Assembly: GCA_043803945.1 (NCBI GenBank)
Contig: JAZDJN010000061.1
Location: 64,001-128,000, forward strand
DNA from: a bacterium
Lineage (GTDB): Bacteria > Bacteroidota > Ignavibacteria > UBA10030
Direction: 5' to 3'
Length of the DNA: 64,000 bases
Part shown: piece after piece, positions 21,135 through 31,445 of the stretch
How positions within the stretch are numbered: the first letter of the stretch is position 1
How the letters are laid out: each line of letters starts with the position of its first letter
Position numbers and translations under genes: made by a program
Notes under the pieces: generated by a model
Told to the model about the DNA's origin: nothing
Seen by the model: only the letters and a program-made list of their open reading frames with translations
The model's database searches: none

Positions 21135-21671
21135 TTATCCAAAGCGGAGGTAGACAGTCGTCAATTCCGGAATTTTTCCCTGGAGCAGTTCACCCATCGC
21201 AAACCAGATTTGTTCCGGCGTCGGAGGGCATCCATGGAGAAAAGCATCCACCGTTATTATTTCATGGAGCGGCCGCGCCTGGGGGAGCAGTTTTGCAATC
21301 GTCAAGAAATCCGATGGAATACTTGGCTCGGCATCGGCCAGCGTCACATAAGAATGATGGATGATCTCATCGGGGCTGAACTTGTTCCGCAGTGCCGTCA
21401 CATTCCCTGTCGTGGCACAATCGCCAAAGGAGATCACAAATTTGGAATTCTTCCGGATGGTATGGGCAAGCTCTTCATTCTCCACATTGGAAACTGCTCC
21501 TTCCACCAGCGTAACATCGACATCCTTTGGGAAATGCTTCACATCTGCCAGGGGTGAGAAGACAATATCCATCTTATCGGCAAGTTCGATGAGCCGTTCG
21601 TCCATGTCGAGGAATGACATATGACATCCCGAACATCCTCCCAGCCATACAGTTGCTACTTTTGGTTTCAT
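21135..21671 (-). CDS. hoxY: Hox hydrogenase small subunit HoxY
   Basis: WLGGCSGCHMSFLD, FGDCA and GCPP motifs; short 178-aa form. Confidence 0.95.
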   Translation of the reverse strand: MKPKVATVWLGGCSGCHMSFLDMDERLIELADKMDIVFSPLADVKHFPKDVDVTLVEGAVSNVENEELAHTIRKNSKFVISFGDCATTGNVTALRNKFSPDEIIHHSYVTLADAEPSIPSDFLTIAKLLPQARPLHEIITVDAFLHGCPPTPEQIWFAMGELLQGKIPELTTVYLRFG

Positions 21672-21777
21672 GGTCTACTCTTCCATATTCTATAATGTTT
21701 GATTCCTTTGGAGAACAGCCACCGCTCTTTACTCTCGTATCGTGTTAACGATGGCATACGCCGACATCCAGGATCGC

Positions 21778-22512
21778 TTATTCCTCTCCTGTTTCCACGC
21801 CAATCCATTCGTGCTTACTGCGGGCCGTGACGATATATTTCAGAAAATCACGCTGCTTCTGCATTTCGGCGATCGTCGCACCTTTTTCCACCAGTGCTCC
21901 AACCGGACAAACCATCACGCATTTACCGCAGGAAGTGCACCGGTCTGATGTCCCCCACGGTTGATTCATATCGCAGATGATCTCGCAGTTGATTCCACGG
22001 CCTGCAACATCCCACACATGCGCCCCCTCGACCTCATGGCACACACGCAGGCAGCGGGTGCAAAGCACACACCGGTTGCGGTCCATAATGAAATCCCTAT
22101 GCGTCGCATCCAGATCCTTCTTGGGATAGAGGTACGGAAATCGCACATACTGCAGTCCGACATCATAGGCGAGATTCTGCAATTCACAGTGACTGTTGAC
22201 AACACAGACGGCACACTGGTGATTTCCTTCCGAGGCAAGCAACTCTATGATCATCCTCCGGTATCGCTTCAGTCGATCCGTATTGGTGGAGACCACCATC
22301 CCCTCAATCGGACGCGTTGTACAGGCCGGAGCAAGCTTTGTCCAACCTTTCACTTCCAGGAGACAAAGACGGCACGCTCCGACATCCGATAATCCATCAA
22401 GATTGCAGAGTGTCGGAATATGAATTTTATGTTGACGCGCAATTTCGAGCAGGGTTTCGCTGTCGTTTGCACTCAGTTGGTGTTCATCGATTGTTAATGT
22501 GACTATGGCCAT
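21778..22512 (-). CDS. hoxU: Diaphorase Fe-S subunit HoxU
   Basis: 2Fe-2S IPTLC...GACRLC; HQCAVCVVNSHC; CVLCTRC and CTSCGKC motifs. Confidence 0.95.
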   Translation of the reverse strand: MAIVTLTIDEHQLSANDSETLLEIARQHKIHIPTLCNLDGLSDVGACRLCLLEVKGWTKLAPACTTRPIEGMVVSTNTDRLKRYRRMIIELLASEGNHQCAVCVVNSHCELQNLAYDVGLQYVRFPYLYPKKDLDATHRDFIMDRNRCVLCTRCLRVCHEVEGAHVWDVAGRGINCEIICDMNQPWGTSDRCTSCGKCVMVCPVGALVEKGATIAEMQKQRDFLKYIVTARSKHEWIGVETGEE

Positions 22513-22521
22513 ATCGAATTC

Positions 22522-24177
22522 CTACTTTGCAATGGTTTCAGGCTCGTGGGTCGCTTGCGAAGGAATGAATACCTCACGTTCCTTCAACAGCTCTTCATAT
22601 TCATGCTTGAAGAATCGCAGTGTGGAAAGGACAGGATTTGGAGCCGATTGACCCAATCCGCAAAGACTCGTCTCCTTCACCATCATACAGAGTTCCTCCA
22701 GCAGGGTGAGATCGTCAATCGTACCTTTCCCCTGAGATATTTTATCAAGAATATTATAAATTTGAACCGTTCCGACCCTGCATGGGACACATTTCCCGCA
22801 CGACTCATCCATGCAGAATTCCATAAAGTATTTTGCCACTTCGACCATCTTCGACGTTGAATCCATAACGATCATGCCACCGCTCCCCATGATCGAACCA
22901 ACGGCTGGCAGCGAGTCGTAATCGACCGGCAGATCAAGATGTTCTTCCGGGATGCATCCTCCGGACGGTCCGCCAGTCTGTGCCGCTTTGAATTTCGTTC
23001 CTTCGGGTGTCCCACCTCCAATGTCGAAAATGATTTTTCTGAGCGGAACTCCCATGGGTACTTCGATGAGTCCCGTATTATTGATTTTTCCGGCGAGGGC
23101 GAACACTTTTGTTCCCGCGCTTTTCGGCGTTCCGAAACCAGTAAACCATTCCGAACCATTGCGGATAATCGGGGCGATATTGGCGAAGGTCTCCACATTG
23201 TTGATCAATGTGGGCATACCCCAAAGGCCTTTCTCTGCCGGGTAGGGAGGTCGCGGGCGGGGACGGCCGCGTCGTCCTTCAATCGATCGAAGTAATGCCG
23301 TCTCTTCGCCGCAAACGAATGCCCCCGCACCAATGCGGATGTCAATCCGGAAGTTAAACTGGGAATCGAAAATTCTATTCCCGAGAATTCCCAGCCGCTC
23401 CGCCTGCTTGATTGCAACTTTCAATCGATCGATAGCGAGCGGATATTCAGCGCGCACATAGATGAATCCCTGGTTCGCACCAACAGCATAGCCGCCGATT
23501 GCCATACCCTCCAAGACCCGGTGCGGATCACCTTCAAGAACACTGCGATCCATAAATGCACCCGGATCACCTTCATCGGCATTACAGACAACATACTTCT
23601 GGTCATTCTTTACTTTGCGGACAATTCCCCACTTGAGACCGGTTGGGAATCCGGCGCCGCCGCGCCCTCGCAATCCGCTTCGGCGGATTATTTCGATGAC
23701 CTCATCGGGCGACATTTCCGTCAAGGCACGGGATAGAGGTTCATAGCCATCGACAGCAATATATTCTTCAATGCTCTCGGCATTGATCCTGCCGCTATTT
23801 TCCAGGACAATCTTTTGCTGGTAGATAAAGAAGGGATGGTCGGCGGGGATGAGGTTCGATTCAACAACTTTGCCTTCAACCAGGTGCTCTTCAACGATTC
23901 TCTTCGCTACCGTCTCATCCACTTTGGAGTAGGTGGTTTCATTCGGGAAGACTTTCACCATGGGGCCTTCACCGCACAATCCCATGCACCCCGACCCAAT
24001 GAGCTCGCATTGTTTATCGAGATTCTTCTCTTTCAGTGCAGCGGCGAGTGCGTCCTTTACGCCATTGCTGCCGCAGGATATACAGCCGGCAGCGGCGCAG
24101 TACAACAAGCGGAATTTATATTTTTCCTGACGTGCGCGTTCTTTTTCAGTTAGTTCTTGTAGTTCTTCCAGTGTCAT
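22522..24177 (-). CDS. hoxF: Diaphorase FMN/NAD subunit HoxF (NuoF-like)
   Basis: [30 protein letters not shown] and [12 protein letters not shown] motifs; N-terminal thioredoxin-like 2Fe-2S domain. Confidence 0.95.
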   Translation of the reverse strand: MTLEELQELTEKERARQEKYKFRLLYCAAAGCISCGSNGVKDALAAALKEKNLDKQCELIGSGCMGLCGEGPMVKVFPNETTYSKVDETVAKRIVEEHLVEGKVVESNLIPADHPFFIYQQKIVLENSGRINAESIEEYIAVDGYEPLSRALTEMSPDEVIEIIRRSGLRGRGGAGFPTGLKWGIVRKVKNDQKYVVCNADEGDPGAFMDRSVLEGDPHRVLEGMAIGGYAVGANQGFIYVRAEYPLAIDRLKVAIKQAERLGILGNRIFDSQFNFRIDIRIGAGAFVCGEETALLRSIEGRRGRPRPRPPYPAEKGLWGMPTLINNVETFANIAPIIRNGSEWFTGFGTPKSAGTKVFALAGKINNTGLIEVPMGVPLRKIIFDIGGGTPEGTKFKAAQTGGPSGGCIPEEHLDLPVDYDSLPAVGSIMGSGGMIVMDSTSKMVEVAKYFMEFCMDESCGKCVPCRVGTVQIYNILDKISQGKGTIDDLTLLEELCMMVKETSLCGLGQSAPNPVLSTLRFFKHEYEELLKEREVFIPSQATHEPETIAK

Positions 24178-24692
24178 GCTGCAGCCTCCTTCTCTTTCTG
24201 CCAAACCTTGACCCGTTCAAGAGATATCTCTGCGGTCATTTTCCCGGCAACCTCCGTATCGAGAACGCCAACCGGTGCAATGCCGCATGAGCCGACACAG
24301 CGGGCAGAGATGAGAGAAATATTTTGATCGGGTGTCGTTTCACCGAACTTCACCCCGCAATGGCACTCCACCGCCTTCTGAATGTCGGAGGCACCTTTGA
24401 CATAACATGCGGTTCCGAGACAAAGAACGAACGTGTGCTTGCCCGTCGGTTTCATGCGGAAGAAGTGATAGAATGTTGCGACGCCATAGACCTGGCTCAG
24501 CGGGCGCCTCAAGGCGCGGGCAACATAGATGAGCAGGTCATTTTCGAGATAGCCGAAGATGCCTTGCGCCACATGGAGGATTTCGATGAGTGCATCGCCC
24601 TTGCCTTGATGTTTTGTGATCGCGCGATCCAGCAGCTTGAAGCGATTATCACCGCTGGGGTGGGCTGCAGTTTTTTTCGTTTCGGTTGCCAT
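24174..24692 (-). CDS. hoxE: Diaphorase 2Fe-2S subunit HoxE (NuoE-like)
   Basis: [21 protein letters not shown] and [10 protein letters not shown] motifs. Confidence 0.95.
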   Translation of the reverse strand: MATETKKTAAHPSGDNRFKLLDRAITKHQGKGDALIEILHVAQGIFGYLENDLLIYVARALRRPLSQVYGVATFYHFFRMKPTGKHTFVLCLGTACYVKGASDIQKAVECHCGVKFGETTPDQNISLISARCVGSCGIAPVGVLDTEVAGKMTAEISLERVKVWQKEKEAAA

Positions 24693-24710
24693 GGGATTTG
24701 TGTGAGTGTG

Positions 24711-25382
24711 CTAAGTTGAACGGTTTATGGATAAATCATGGACCTGTTGTTCCAGCCAGGTGCACCATTCGGGAATTCCCGCAAGCGACGTGCACGACGT
24801 CTCAAAGACTTTCAGGCGTGGATTAATCGAGAGTGCATTCTTTTTCAGAACAGCGACATTGGCATTCAGGTACGGGAGCAAATCGATTTTATTGATTATG
24901 AGTACCGAAGCATTCATGAACATGGAGGGATACTTGAGCGGCTTGTCATCCCCTTCCGTGGTGCTTGCCACGACAATTTTCATTGCTTCGCCGAGATCGT
25001 AGTTCGACGGGCAAACGAGATTACCGACATTTTCAATCACGAGCAGCTGGACATCCTGCATGGAAAGATTCGACAGTGCATCTTGCACCAGTTTCGCATC
25101 GAGGTGGCAGCCGCCGTTGGTCACAATCTGAACGACCGGCACACCGAATGCAGCAACGCGCTGTGCATCCAGATCTGTCTGCACATCGCCTTCGATGACT
25201 GCTATGCAAAGTTTTCCCGCGCTCTGTTTCAATGTTTGCTCAAGGAGACTTGTTTTCCCTGAGCCGGGTGAACTCACAAGATTAATTGCTAGAATATTCT
25301 TTTCTTGGAAGAGCGCGCGGTTTTGCTCTGCGAGCTGATCGTTCTTTTCCAGTACTTTTCGTTCGATCGTGATAATGCTCAC
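24711..25382 (-). CDS. hypB: Nickel-insertion GTPase HypB
   Basis: SSPGSGKT, GCHLDA, ENVGNLVCP and NKIDL motifs. Confidence 0.97.
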   Translation of the reverse strand: MSIITIERKVLEKNDQLAEQNRALFQEKNILAINLVSSPGSGKTSLLEQTLKQSAGKLCIAVIEGDVQTDLDAQRVAAFGVPVVQIVTNGGCHLDAKLVQDALSNLSMQDVQLLVIENVGNLVCPSNYDLGEAMKIVVASTTEGDDKPLKYPSMFMNASVLIINKIDLLPYLNANVAVLKKNALSINPRLKVFETSCTSLAGIPEWCTWLEQQVHDLSINRST

Positions 25383-25741
25383 CGGAGCACTCCCTGGGCA
25401 TCCGCTAATTCAATGTCCATCACCTGGAGTTCTCTTCCGGAGAGAATTGTCGTGTCGGCACCGCCGCAATGTGAGCAAAGCTGGTGTCCGATATCGTTGC
25501 TGGAATCTTTTCCACAGATCTTACAATTCAGGATGAATGGAATATGATCGATCTCGAGATGAGCCGCGTGAAGAGAAGTTCGAGCTGTGAGAGCAGAAAA
25601 AGAAAAATCTAGTGAGTCGGGGACAATGCCGGCGAGTTTACCAAGTTTGATCCGTACCGCCCTGACGTATGGAACATCGGGTTCGGGAATGTATTGATGA
25701 ACGATATCGACAATGCTTTGTGCTACTGATAATTCATGCAT
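25379..25741 (-). CDS. hypA: Nickel metallochaperone HypA
   Basis: MHELS N-terminus, CKIC and CSHC zinc site, SGRELQV. Confidence 0.95.
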   Translation of the reverse strand: MHELSVAQSIVDIVHQYIPEPDVPYVRAVRIKLGKLAGIVPDSLDFSFSALTARTSLHAAHLEIDHIPFILNCKICGKDSSNDIGHQLCSHCGGADTTILSGRELQVMDIELADAQGVLR

Positions 25742-26019
25742 ACCATTCCGCTCCACTTAGAATCAAGAAATTCCAACGACGCTCATCACAAGTTTTGGAG
25801 CTACCGGGCGTTGGGATGAAGGTAGAATATTCTTATTTAAAAAACCACAAGAGAAAAAATAAGGGGTGCGAGAGGACGAGGGTAAGAGGGTAAGAGTTGG
25901 ATGAGCGTAATATCAGGAAAATACCTTCTGTTGGTTCCGGTAATTTTCTGCGAAGATGACCGGCAACTGATCTTAGTTCTATCTGAGAAAAGTGATAGTC
26001 TAGGAGTGTTATTCATTCA

Positions 26020-27393
26020 CTATGTCATCTCTTTGCTGATATATCGATCATCATAATAGGTAATCAGATCTATCGCGCTTTCCTTATGCTTATAAATTAC
26101 TATCTGAGGCGCAGGTATGATTTGTCCTAAATCTCTATAATGAAAGCTTAATCCATAAGCAACGGCTAGTCGATGATAATCATTCATAGGCAAATTTCTT
26201 GCAATCAACTCATCAGGCTTCTGGAGGGGCTCATAACGAAAAGGGCTACGATCTTTATAATTCCCATGTAAGTAATCATTCACAACCTTTAATAATACGG
26301 TATGATAGAAATTCAACTGAGAACCACCGCCACAGAAGTGGCAGGGAATTCCTCTCTTCCAGTCCCTTGATTCTGAATTAAGCCTAACCATTCTATCGAT
26401 TGAGCGAGTAAAAGAAAGGCGACATTCATTCAGGAATGTTTCATCACCTTTATCGCATAAATCTTCGACAATTTTATAAATCTTCTCTTTCGGAAACATT
26501 TCCTCTATTCGATTATGAACCGGTGCCATTGGATCATTCCAATGAGCATCAGATTTAAGATTACTCACAAAGCAATCCAACAATAGTTTCCTTCTATATT
26601 CCTGCAATCTCAGTGCTCCATTAAGGGTTACAATAGCTGTGAAAAATGGGAACTGGTCTTGGCCATCCTTCCTAAATAAATTAAAAGCACATACATCCAG
26701 TGTATTTGCGCCAATATCAACTATGACATGCATTCCATCTTGCCTTTTATCAGAATTTGCATATCCTAAGAATTCAGCAATAACTTCTGGGATGGTATTA
26801 ATATTTTCTCGTAGAATCTCTGACTCAAAAGTGATATCACCTGCTTGGTTAAGTAAGGGCTCAATATCATTGATATTTACCGGCTGTTCTTTTTCTGATA
26901 GTTTCCAGGCTACAATCCCAATCTGCTTGAACAATGGATCAAGAACTTCATGCTTATAGATTTGAGATGGTACACCTATATTCAGGCGCCACTGTATGTG
27001 TGAAGAAGAAAACTCTCTACCATGTTCCAATTCGAACCAGTTTCGTATATATGCAATTGTCAGTGCATTGTATGCTATTGCAAGTATCCGAGCTTCTAAA
27101 CTTCGAAAATCTCCACTTGTTGGGTTTACAAATAGTTGAGGATCTTCGAGTAAACACTCTTTGCTCGATGAGAACCTTGACCAACTATCGTTGACCTTCA
27201 GAGAACAATCACCCTCTTTTGATATCCATATACTTGCAGGTAATAGAAAACAATTTGTTTTGTGTCCATATTTGCCAAAATAAACCGCCCATTTTTTTTG
27301 ACCGACAACATATGGTGCTTGTACAACAGCTTTTGTACATGCTGTACCAAAATCTAGCCCAATTATTAATGGGATATTTCTCTTCTCAAGCAT
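26020..27393 (-). CDS. Uncharacterised actin/Hsp70-fold (ASKHA) ATPase
   Basis: Phosphate-1 IIGLDFGTACTK, IPEVIAE, phosphate-2 IVDIGANTLD, adenosine loop CGGGS, LAVAYGL. Overlaps the SNF2 gene by 8 bp. AT-rich DNA. Confidence 0.75.
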   Translation of the reverse strand: MLEKRNIPLIIGLDFGTACTKAVVQAPYVVGQKKWAVYFGKYGHKTNCFLLPASIWISKEGDCSLKVNDSWSRFSSSKECLLEDPQLFVNPTSGDFRSLEARILAIAYNALTIAYIRNWFELEHGREFSSSHIQWRLNIGVPSQIYKHEVLDPLFKQIGIVAWKLSEKEQPVNINDIEPLLNQAGDITFESEILRENINTIPEVIAEFLGYANSDKRQDGMHVIVDIGANTLDVCAFNLFRKDGQDQFPFFTAIVTLNGALRLQEYRRKLLLDCFVSNLKSDAHWNDPMAPVHNRIEEMFPKEKIYKIVEDLCDKGDETFLNECRLSFTRSIDRMVRLNSESRDWKRGIPCHFCGGGSQLNFYHTVLLKVVNDYLHGNYKDRSPFRYEPLQKPDELIARNLPMNDYHRLAVAYGLSFHYRDLGQIIPAPQIVIYKHKESAIDLITYYDDRYISKEMT

Positions 27394-30300
27394 TTTTAAT
27401 AATTCCCAGACCTACCAGAGATGAGTGAGCCTTCACACTTTTCTTTGAGTTCAGGATAATTTTTCGTTGTGATACGTTACTTGTGATCAGTTCTATTTTT
27501 CTTTGTTCAGCTTTTGCCAACGGGATTCTTCCATTCCTCTGATGCTCTTTAATGATACTATTTCGCCGTTCTGTTTGCTTTTTCAGGTGTTCATCAAGCA
27601 TCCGTTCTTGGATTTGAACTCGATCCCAATTTCTATTTTCTTCCTGTGAAACATATTCTTTATACTGATTTCTTAAATTTTCCACACATTTTTCGACCGC
27701 CCTTAGTCCAAGAAAAGCTAAATCGATCTGCTCTTCTGCTCCCAAAAAGTCTTCCCCTTCTTCAAGTGCCGTCCGAACTAACCTTTCTGCAGTTTCACCC
27801 TCCATGATAGTAGACTGTTCATTAACATTTAGTGCGCAATACTGAATTTGCTCAACATCGCGCAGTCCTTCTATTGACCACCTCTCAATTACATAAATAA
27901 ATATTCCAGGTAAGAGATCTGCATGTTCATGCAGTTCGATGAACGCAATTGGGTGATCGAGTATGTTGGATTGATCAAGAGAAGAGCTTAGCCAATGAAT
28001 TAATGGGTGAGTTTGGTTAATGATTTCTGCTTTCTCTTTATTTCCTACGCTGATTTTATTTTGAAATATACACCTCACAGGACGAGGATCGCTGCTACTC
28101 ATCTGAGTGGGTTTCTGGATCCCGTATTTACGTATGTATTCTTGAAAGGCAACTTTCGCGCGATCGGTCAGTGTGATTTCGTAAATCTCTTCCGTAAAGG
28201 GTGTCGGTTGAATTTGACATCCAGAGTAAAAACGTGAAAGGGTTAACTTAGTATAGAGTAGAAGGTCCCTTGAAGATATCTGTCTGTTTAACTCTCTTGC
28301 CGCATTAATTTCTTTAATAATATAATCACCGTAACGCACCAAAAAAGCAGACTGATTCTCCAGTTCAAGTTCAGACTTATACCTATTTTCAAGCACCTTT
28401 TCTGTTTGTACTATTCGTTGCTCTTCTTGCTCTGAACTCAGGTTCTTACTGAGAAGTTCATATGTTAATTTTCGGATCTCATTTCCTAAGACAGGCTCAA
28501 TTCCTCCTAATGCTCCTCCGATCATTTGTAATCGTTGATAGAGTCGGCTATAGATCCTATCGTCAATGGTATCTTTATAGAATAGATACCAAATCAGCAG
28601 CTTCTCTGCTTTTTGCCCTATTCTATCAATTCTCCCAATCCGCTGTTCAATTCTCATGGGATTCCAAGGCAAATCATAGTTTATGAGAAATGCACAAAAC
28701 TGAAGGTCAATACCCTCGCTACCAATTTCTGATGAGAGAAGTATTTGGGGGCCTGTGGGATTTGAAAAGCTTTCAAGCACTTCGCTTTTTGATCTCGAAA
28801 TCTTTCCATGCAAAACAATACAATTGAATTCATCCTCACTCAGTCGCTCATACAAATAGTCAAGGGTGGCAATGAAATATGAAAATATGATAATTTTATC
28901 ATGTGGATAGCGTTTTATGAAATCCCTTATCATTTCTTGCAGCCGATTATATTTTGAATCGTATTCTCTGAGAGCCTTGACCTCTCCGAAGTTTTCCAAT
29001 TCTTGGAAGAGATTTGCCAACAATGGACCTGGCTCGATAACTTCAAGATCAGCATTTTCATTTTCCTCAATGCTTTTATCGAATAATTCTTTTCGTTCTT
29101 TCCAACAGCTTAACGATGCTGCCATACTGCTCGACATCTGACGCTGTGGAGTTGTAAGAAGAAAACCCTCTGCATAATCGTATCTACTACAAAATTCACG
29201 AACAAAATTGGTCACTTTTTGATAGAATATTGATTCCTCGGGAGTCATTTCAATTGGTTCTGGTATAGGCTCTCGAATAGCGCACAACTCCTGAACATCC
29301 CGTCTCCGAGTTCTCGTTATTACATTCCCAAGCAAGTTTACTGAATCTACCGTTTTGACAATTCGGTCTTTAATTTTTGAATCCAGCGATTCATCACTCT
29401 TATCGATCAAATTCATTAACAGCTGGAGCTGCTTACCATCTTTTAATAACGGATTCTTAAGCGCAGCATTAATTGCAGTTATTAGTTCCGATTTCGATGG
29501 TGAATGTGATTCCACTATTCTACGAATGTTCATTAATGGCTCATTTGCCCTTAAAATGGAATCAAAGGATTGCAGGTTGTCAAAAGTGTCTTGGTCTACC
29601 AAGTTGAGAAGTTGAAACAAATCTTCATTGCGAAGATGTATCGGTGTTGCCGAGAGAAGTACGATATATTCTGATGCATCTCTTAAGAGCCTGCCTAATT
29701 GAGCTGTTTGAGATTCAGGATTCCTTAAATAGTGTGCTTCATCAATTATGAGAAGATCAATTAACGGCTCTTCCATTGAATGCTCTCGAAGAAACCTGGC
29801 GAGTTTTGATACAATTTGTTGGTCCTGTTCTTCACCAGTACTCCACCAATATTTATGTGGACGAAGTCCCTGTAAACTCCCAACCATAGTAAATCGAGTC
29901 GTGTTTGGATTTGACAATGTAGTTTCCAAATTAGACAGAAGCTCAGCAGCATTGCATAGTTGGGGTTGAATACCAAATCTTTGAGTCAATTCAGGAATCC
30001 ATTTATCTTTTTGAAGCATCGCTGGACACAGAACCAGGGCTCGCTTAATATCTACCCTGCTCTGGAATTCAGTCAAGATTAAACCTGCTTCAATTGTTTT
30101 GCCCAGACCAACTTCATCGGCAATTAGAATTCCTTTCCCTGGTGCATCAAGCATTTTTAATACCGGTTTGAATTGATAAGCATAGAACTCGGTATTAGTT
30201 GTATTCATACTATAAAGAGTGTTCGCCAATCGACCCGTTAGCCGAATGTGGGTTAAAAGTCCTCTAAGGTCTTTAACACTTCCCGTTTTTTCTTTGGCAA

Positions 30301-30487
30301 ATAAATGAAGGGGGTGCTCTTGGGTGGAAGGAACAAGTTCGAGTTGATCTTCTTGTATCCACTGATCTCGCTCTGAAAATCGCACTAGAAATTCTCTTCC
30401 AGTTCCAGAGAGGTAAGGGGGATTATCTAAAATAACTCCATTTCGGTTTGGATCAGAGATCAATCTTACCTGGTTGCCTGCTTGCAA
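27386..30487 (-). CDS. SNF2-family (RapA/DrmD-like) helicase/translocase
   Basis: Q motif YAYQ, LIADEVGLGKT, IIDEAH, LLSATP, SEGIDLQ and EQRIGRIDRIGQ motifs; TTG start. Confidence 0.92.
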   Translation of the reverse strand: MQAGNQVRLISDPNRNGVILDNPPYLSGTGREFLVRFSERDQWIQEDQLELVPSTQEHPLHLFAKEKTGSVKDLRGLLTHIRLTGRLANTLYSMNTTNTEFYAYQFKPVLKMLDAPGKGILIADEVGLGKTIEAGLILTEFQSRVDIKRALVLCPAMLQKDKWIPELTQRFGIQPQLCNAAELLSNLETTLSNPNTTRFTMVGSLQGLRPHKYWWSTGEEQDQQIVSKLARFLREHSMEEPLIDLLIIDEAHYLRNPESQTAQLGRLLRDASEYIVLLSATPIHLRNEDLFQLLNLVDQDTFDNLQSFDSILRANEPLMNIRRIVESHSPSKSELITAINAALKNPLLKDGKQLQLLMNLIDKSDESLDSKIKDRIVKTVDSVNLLGNVITRTRRRDVQELCAIREPIPEPIEMTPEESIFYQKVTNFVREFCSRYDYAEGFLLTTPQRQMSSSMAASLSCWKERKELFDKSIEENENADLEVIEPGPLLANLFQELENFGEVKALREYDSKYNRLQEMIRDFIKRYPHDKIIIFSYFIATLDYLYERLSEDEFNCIVLHGKISRSKSEVLESFSNPTGPQILLSSEIGSEGIDLQFCAFLINYDLPWNPMRIEQRIGRIDRIGQKAEKLLIWYLFYKDTIDDRIYSRLYQRLQMIGGALGGIEPVLGNEIRKLTYELLSKNLSSEQEEQRIVQTEKVLENRYKSELELENQSAFLVRYGDYIIKEINAARELNRQISSRDLLLYTKLTLSRFYSGCQIQPTPFTEEIYEITLTDRAKVAFQEYIRKYGIQKPTQMSSSDPRPVRCIFQNKISVGNKEKAEIINQTHPLIHWLSSSLDQSNILDHPIAFIELHEHADLLPGIFIYVIERWSIEGLRDVEQIQYCALNVNEQSTIMEGETAERLVRTALEEGEDFLGAEEQIDLAFLGLRAVEKCVENLRNQYKEYVSQEENRNWDRVQIQERMLDEHLKKQTERRNSIIKEHQRNGRIPLAKAEQRKIELITSNVSQRKIILNSKKSVKAHSSLVGLGIIKNA

Positions 30488-30673
30488 AGGGGATCCCTTT
30501 CGAAACTTGAATCAAATTAGCATTGTATACGTTGCCTGCAGATTTACCTACACGATCTAATTGTCAACCTGATATTAACTAGTCGTTCACCAATTCTTTA
30601 TAGTATGGTAAATATCCAATTATACCTTTTATCTTGGGATACATATCCTAAATATATTTCACATTTTTCAAAC

Positions 30674-30781
30674 AAAAAACCCGCCTGACGTACGCTGATT
30701 TCACGCCCCACGGGTTCATTACTGCTGGTTTCACTCTCCTCTGTTCGGCAATGCGTTGGCAATGTAGCCGAATGTGAGAGG
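30674..30781 (-). promoter_or_regulatory. Two-hairpin structured leader ending in a terminator, upstream of the SNF2 island
   Basis: On the minus strand, a ctctc..ttcggc..tgc-caac-gca..gccgaa..gagag stem is followed by aacccg..ggcgt/acgtc..cgggtt and a U-tract. Confidence 0.45.
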
Positions 30782-30838
30782 AAAATCAATATATATTGAG
30801 AATGCGTATTTGGTTTGAGTCTCTAGCACATGTGCGTC

Positions 30839-31336
30839 TTAGAGTGCACAACCCCACTGCTGCAGAATTTCTTTGATTTGTTCGATGAACTGAGGAAGCG
30901 CTGCTTCAATCTGTTCACTCAGCGATTCCGAGAGTACCGTTGAGTCCTCTATTTCGATGGCCAGTATCCGGATCTCCGAGGGGAGCTTCATCTCCAATCG
31001 TTTTGCCAGGAGCAGAAGATCTGGAAGCCCCGCATTTTGAGGAGAGTTGGATATCCGATAGGCGTACTCCTCATGAGAAAACTGGACAACAGAACCCGGC
31101 TTATAGTCACCGATCTTGATTGCATCGAGAAGAAGAACCTTGTTGTATCCCTCTATCGATTCGAGGAGAGAAAAATTCAGAACCGGCATCTCGTCAATTT
31201 CAAATCCGGTTCGATTATTTTGTTTGACAGCACGGGCAGCTTTCACTGTCACGCCTTCATCTCCCAACAGCTCGTTTCCTCGTGCGAGTATCAAAATTGA
31301 ATAATTATTCGGGTTCATCAGATCTTCAGAGATCAC
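30839..31336 (-). CDS. Hydrogenase maturation protease (probably for MvhA)
   Basis: RGNELLGDEGV and LLDAI motifs; directly downstream of mvhA. The usual SxH reads SPQ. Confidence 0.8.
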   Translation of the reverse strand: MISEDLMNPNNYSILILARGNELLGDEGVTVKAARAVKQNNRTGFEIDEMPVLNFSLLESIEGYNKVLLLDAIKIGDYKPGSVVQFSHEEYAYRISNSPQNAGLPDLLLLAKRLEMKLPSEIRILAIEIEDSTVLSESLSEQIEAALPQFIEQIKEILQQWGCAL

Positions 31337-31385
31337 AAACTAAGTGAACATGTAGTCAGTGAAACGATCGTGAATTATGGTAAAT

Positions 31386-31413
31386 AAAACGGGGGCATTG
31401 GTGTGCCCCCGTT
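31386..31413 (-). terminator. Intrinsic terminator-like hairpin after mvhA
   Basis: aacgggggca-ttggtg-tgcccccgtt stem with a T-tract on the minus strand. Confidence 0.6.
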
Positions 31414-31445
31414 GAACTGCTGTGCCGGAAAAAATTCAAAATCTA

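Noticed and set aside
25865-25900. Short purine-rich direct repeats (gagggtaa x2) at the island edge as an att site or CRISPR remnant
   Set aside because: They are too short, no matching copy was found at the other island end, and there are no spacers or integrase.
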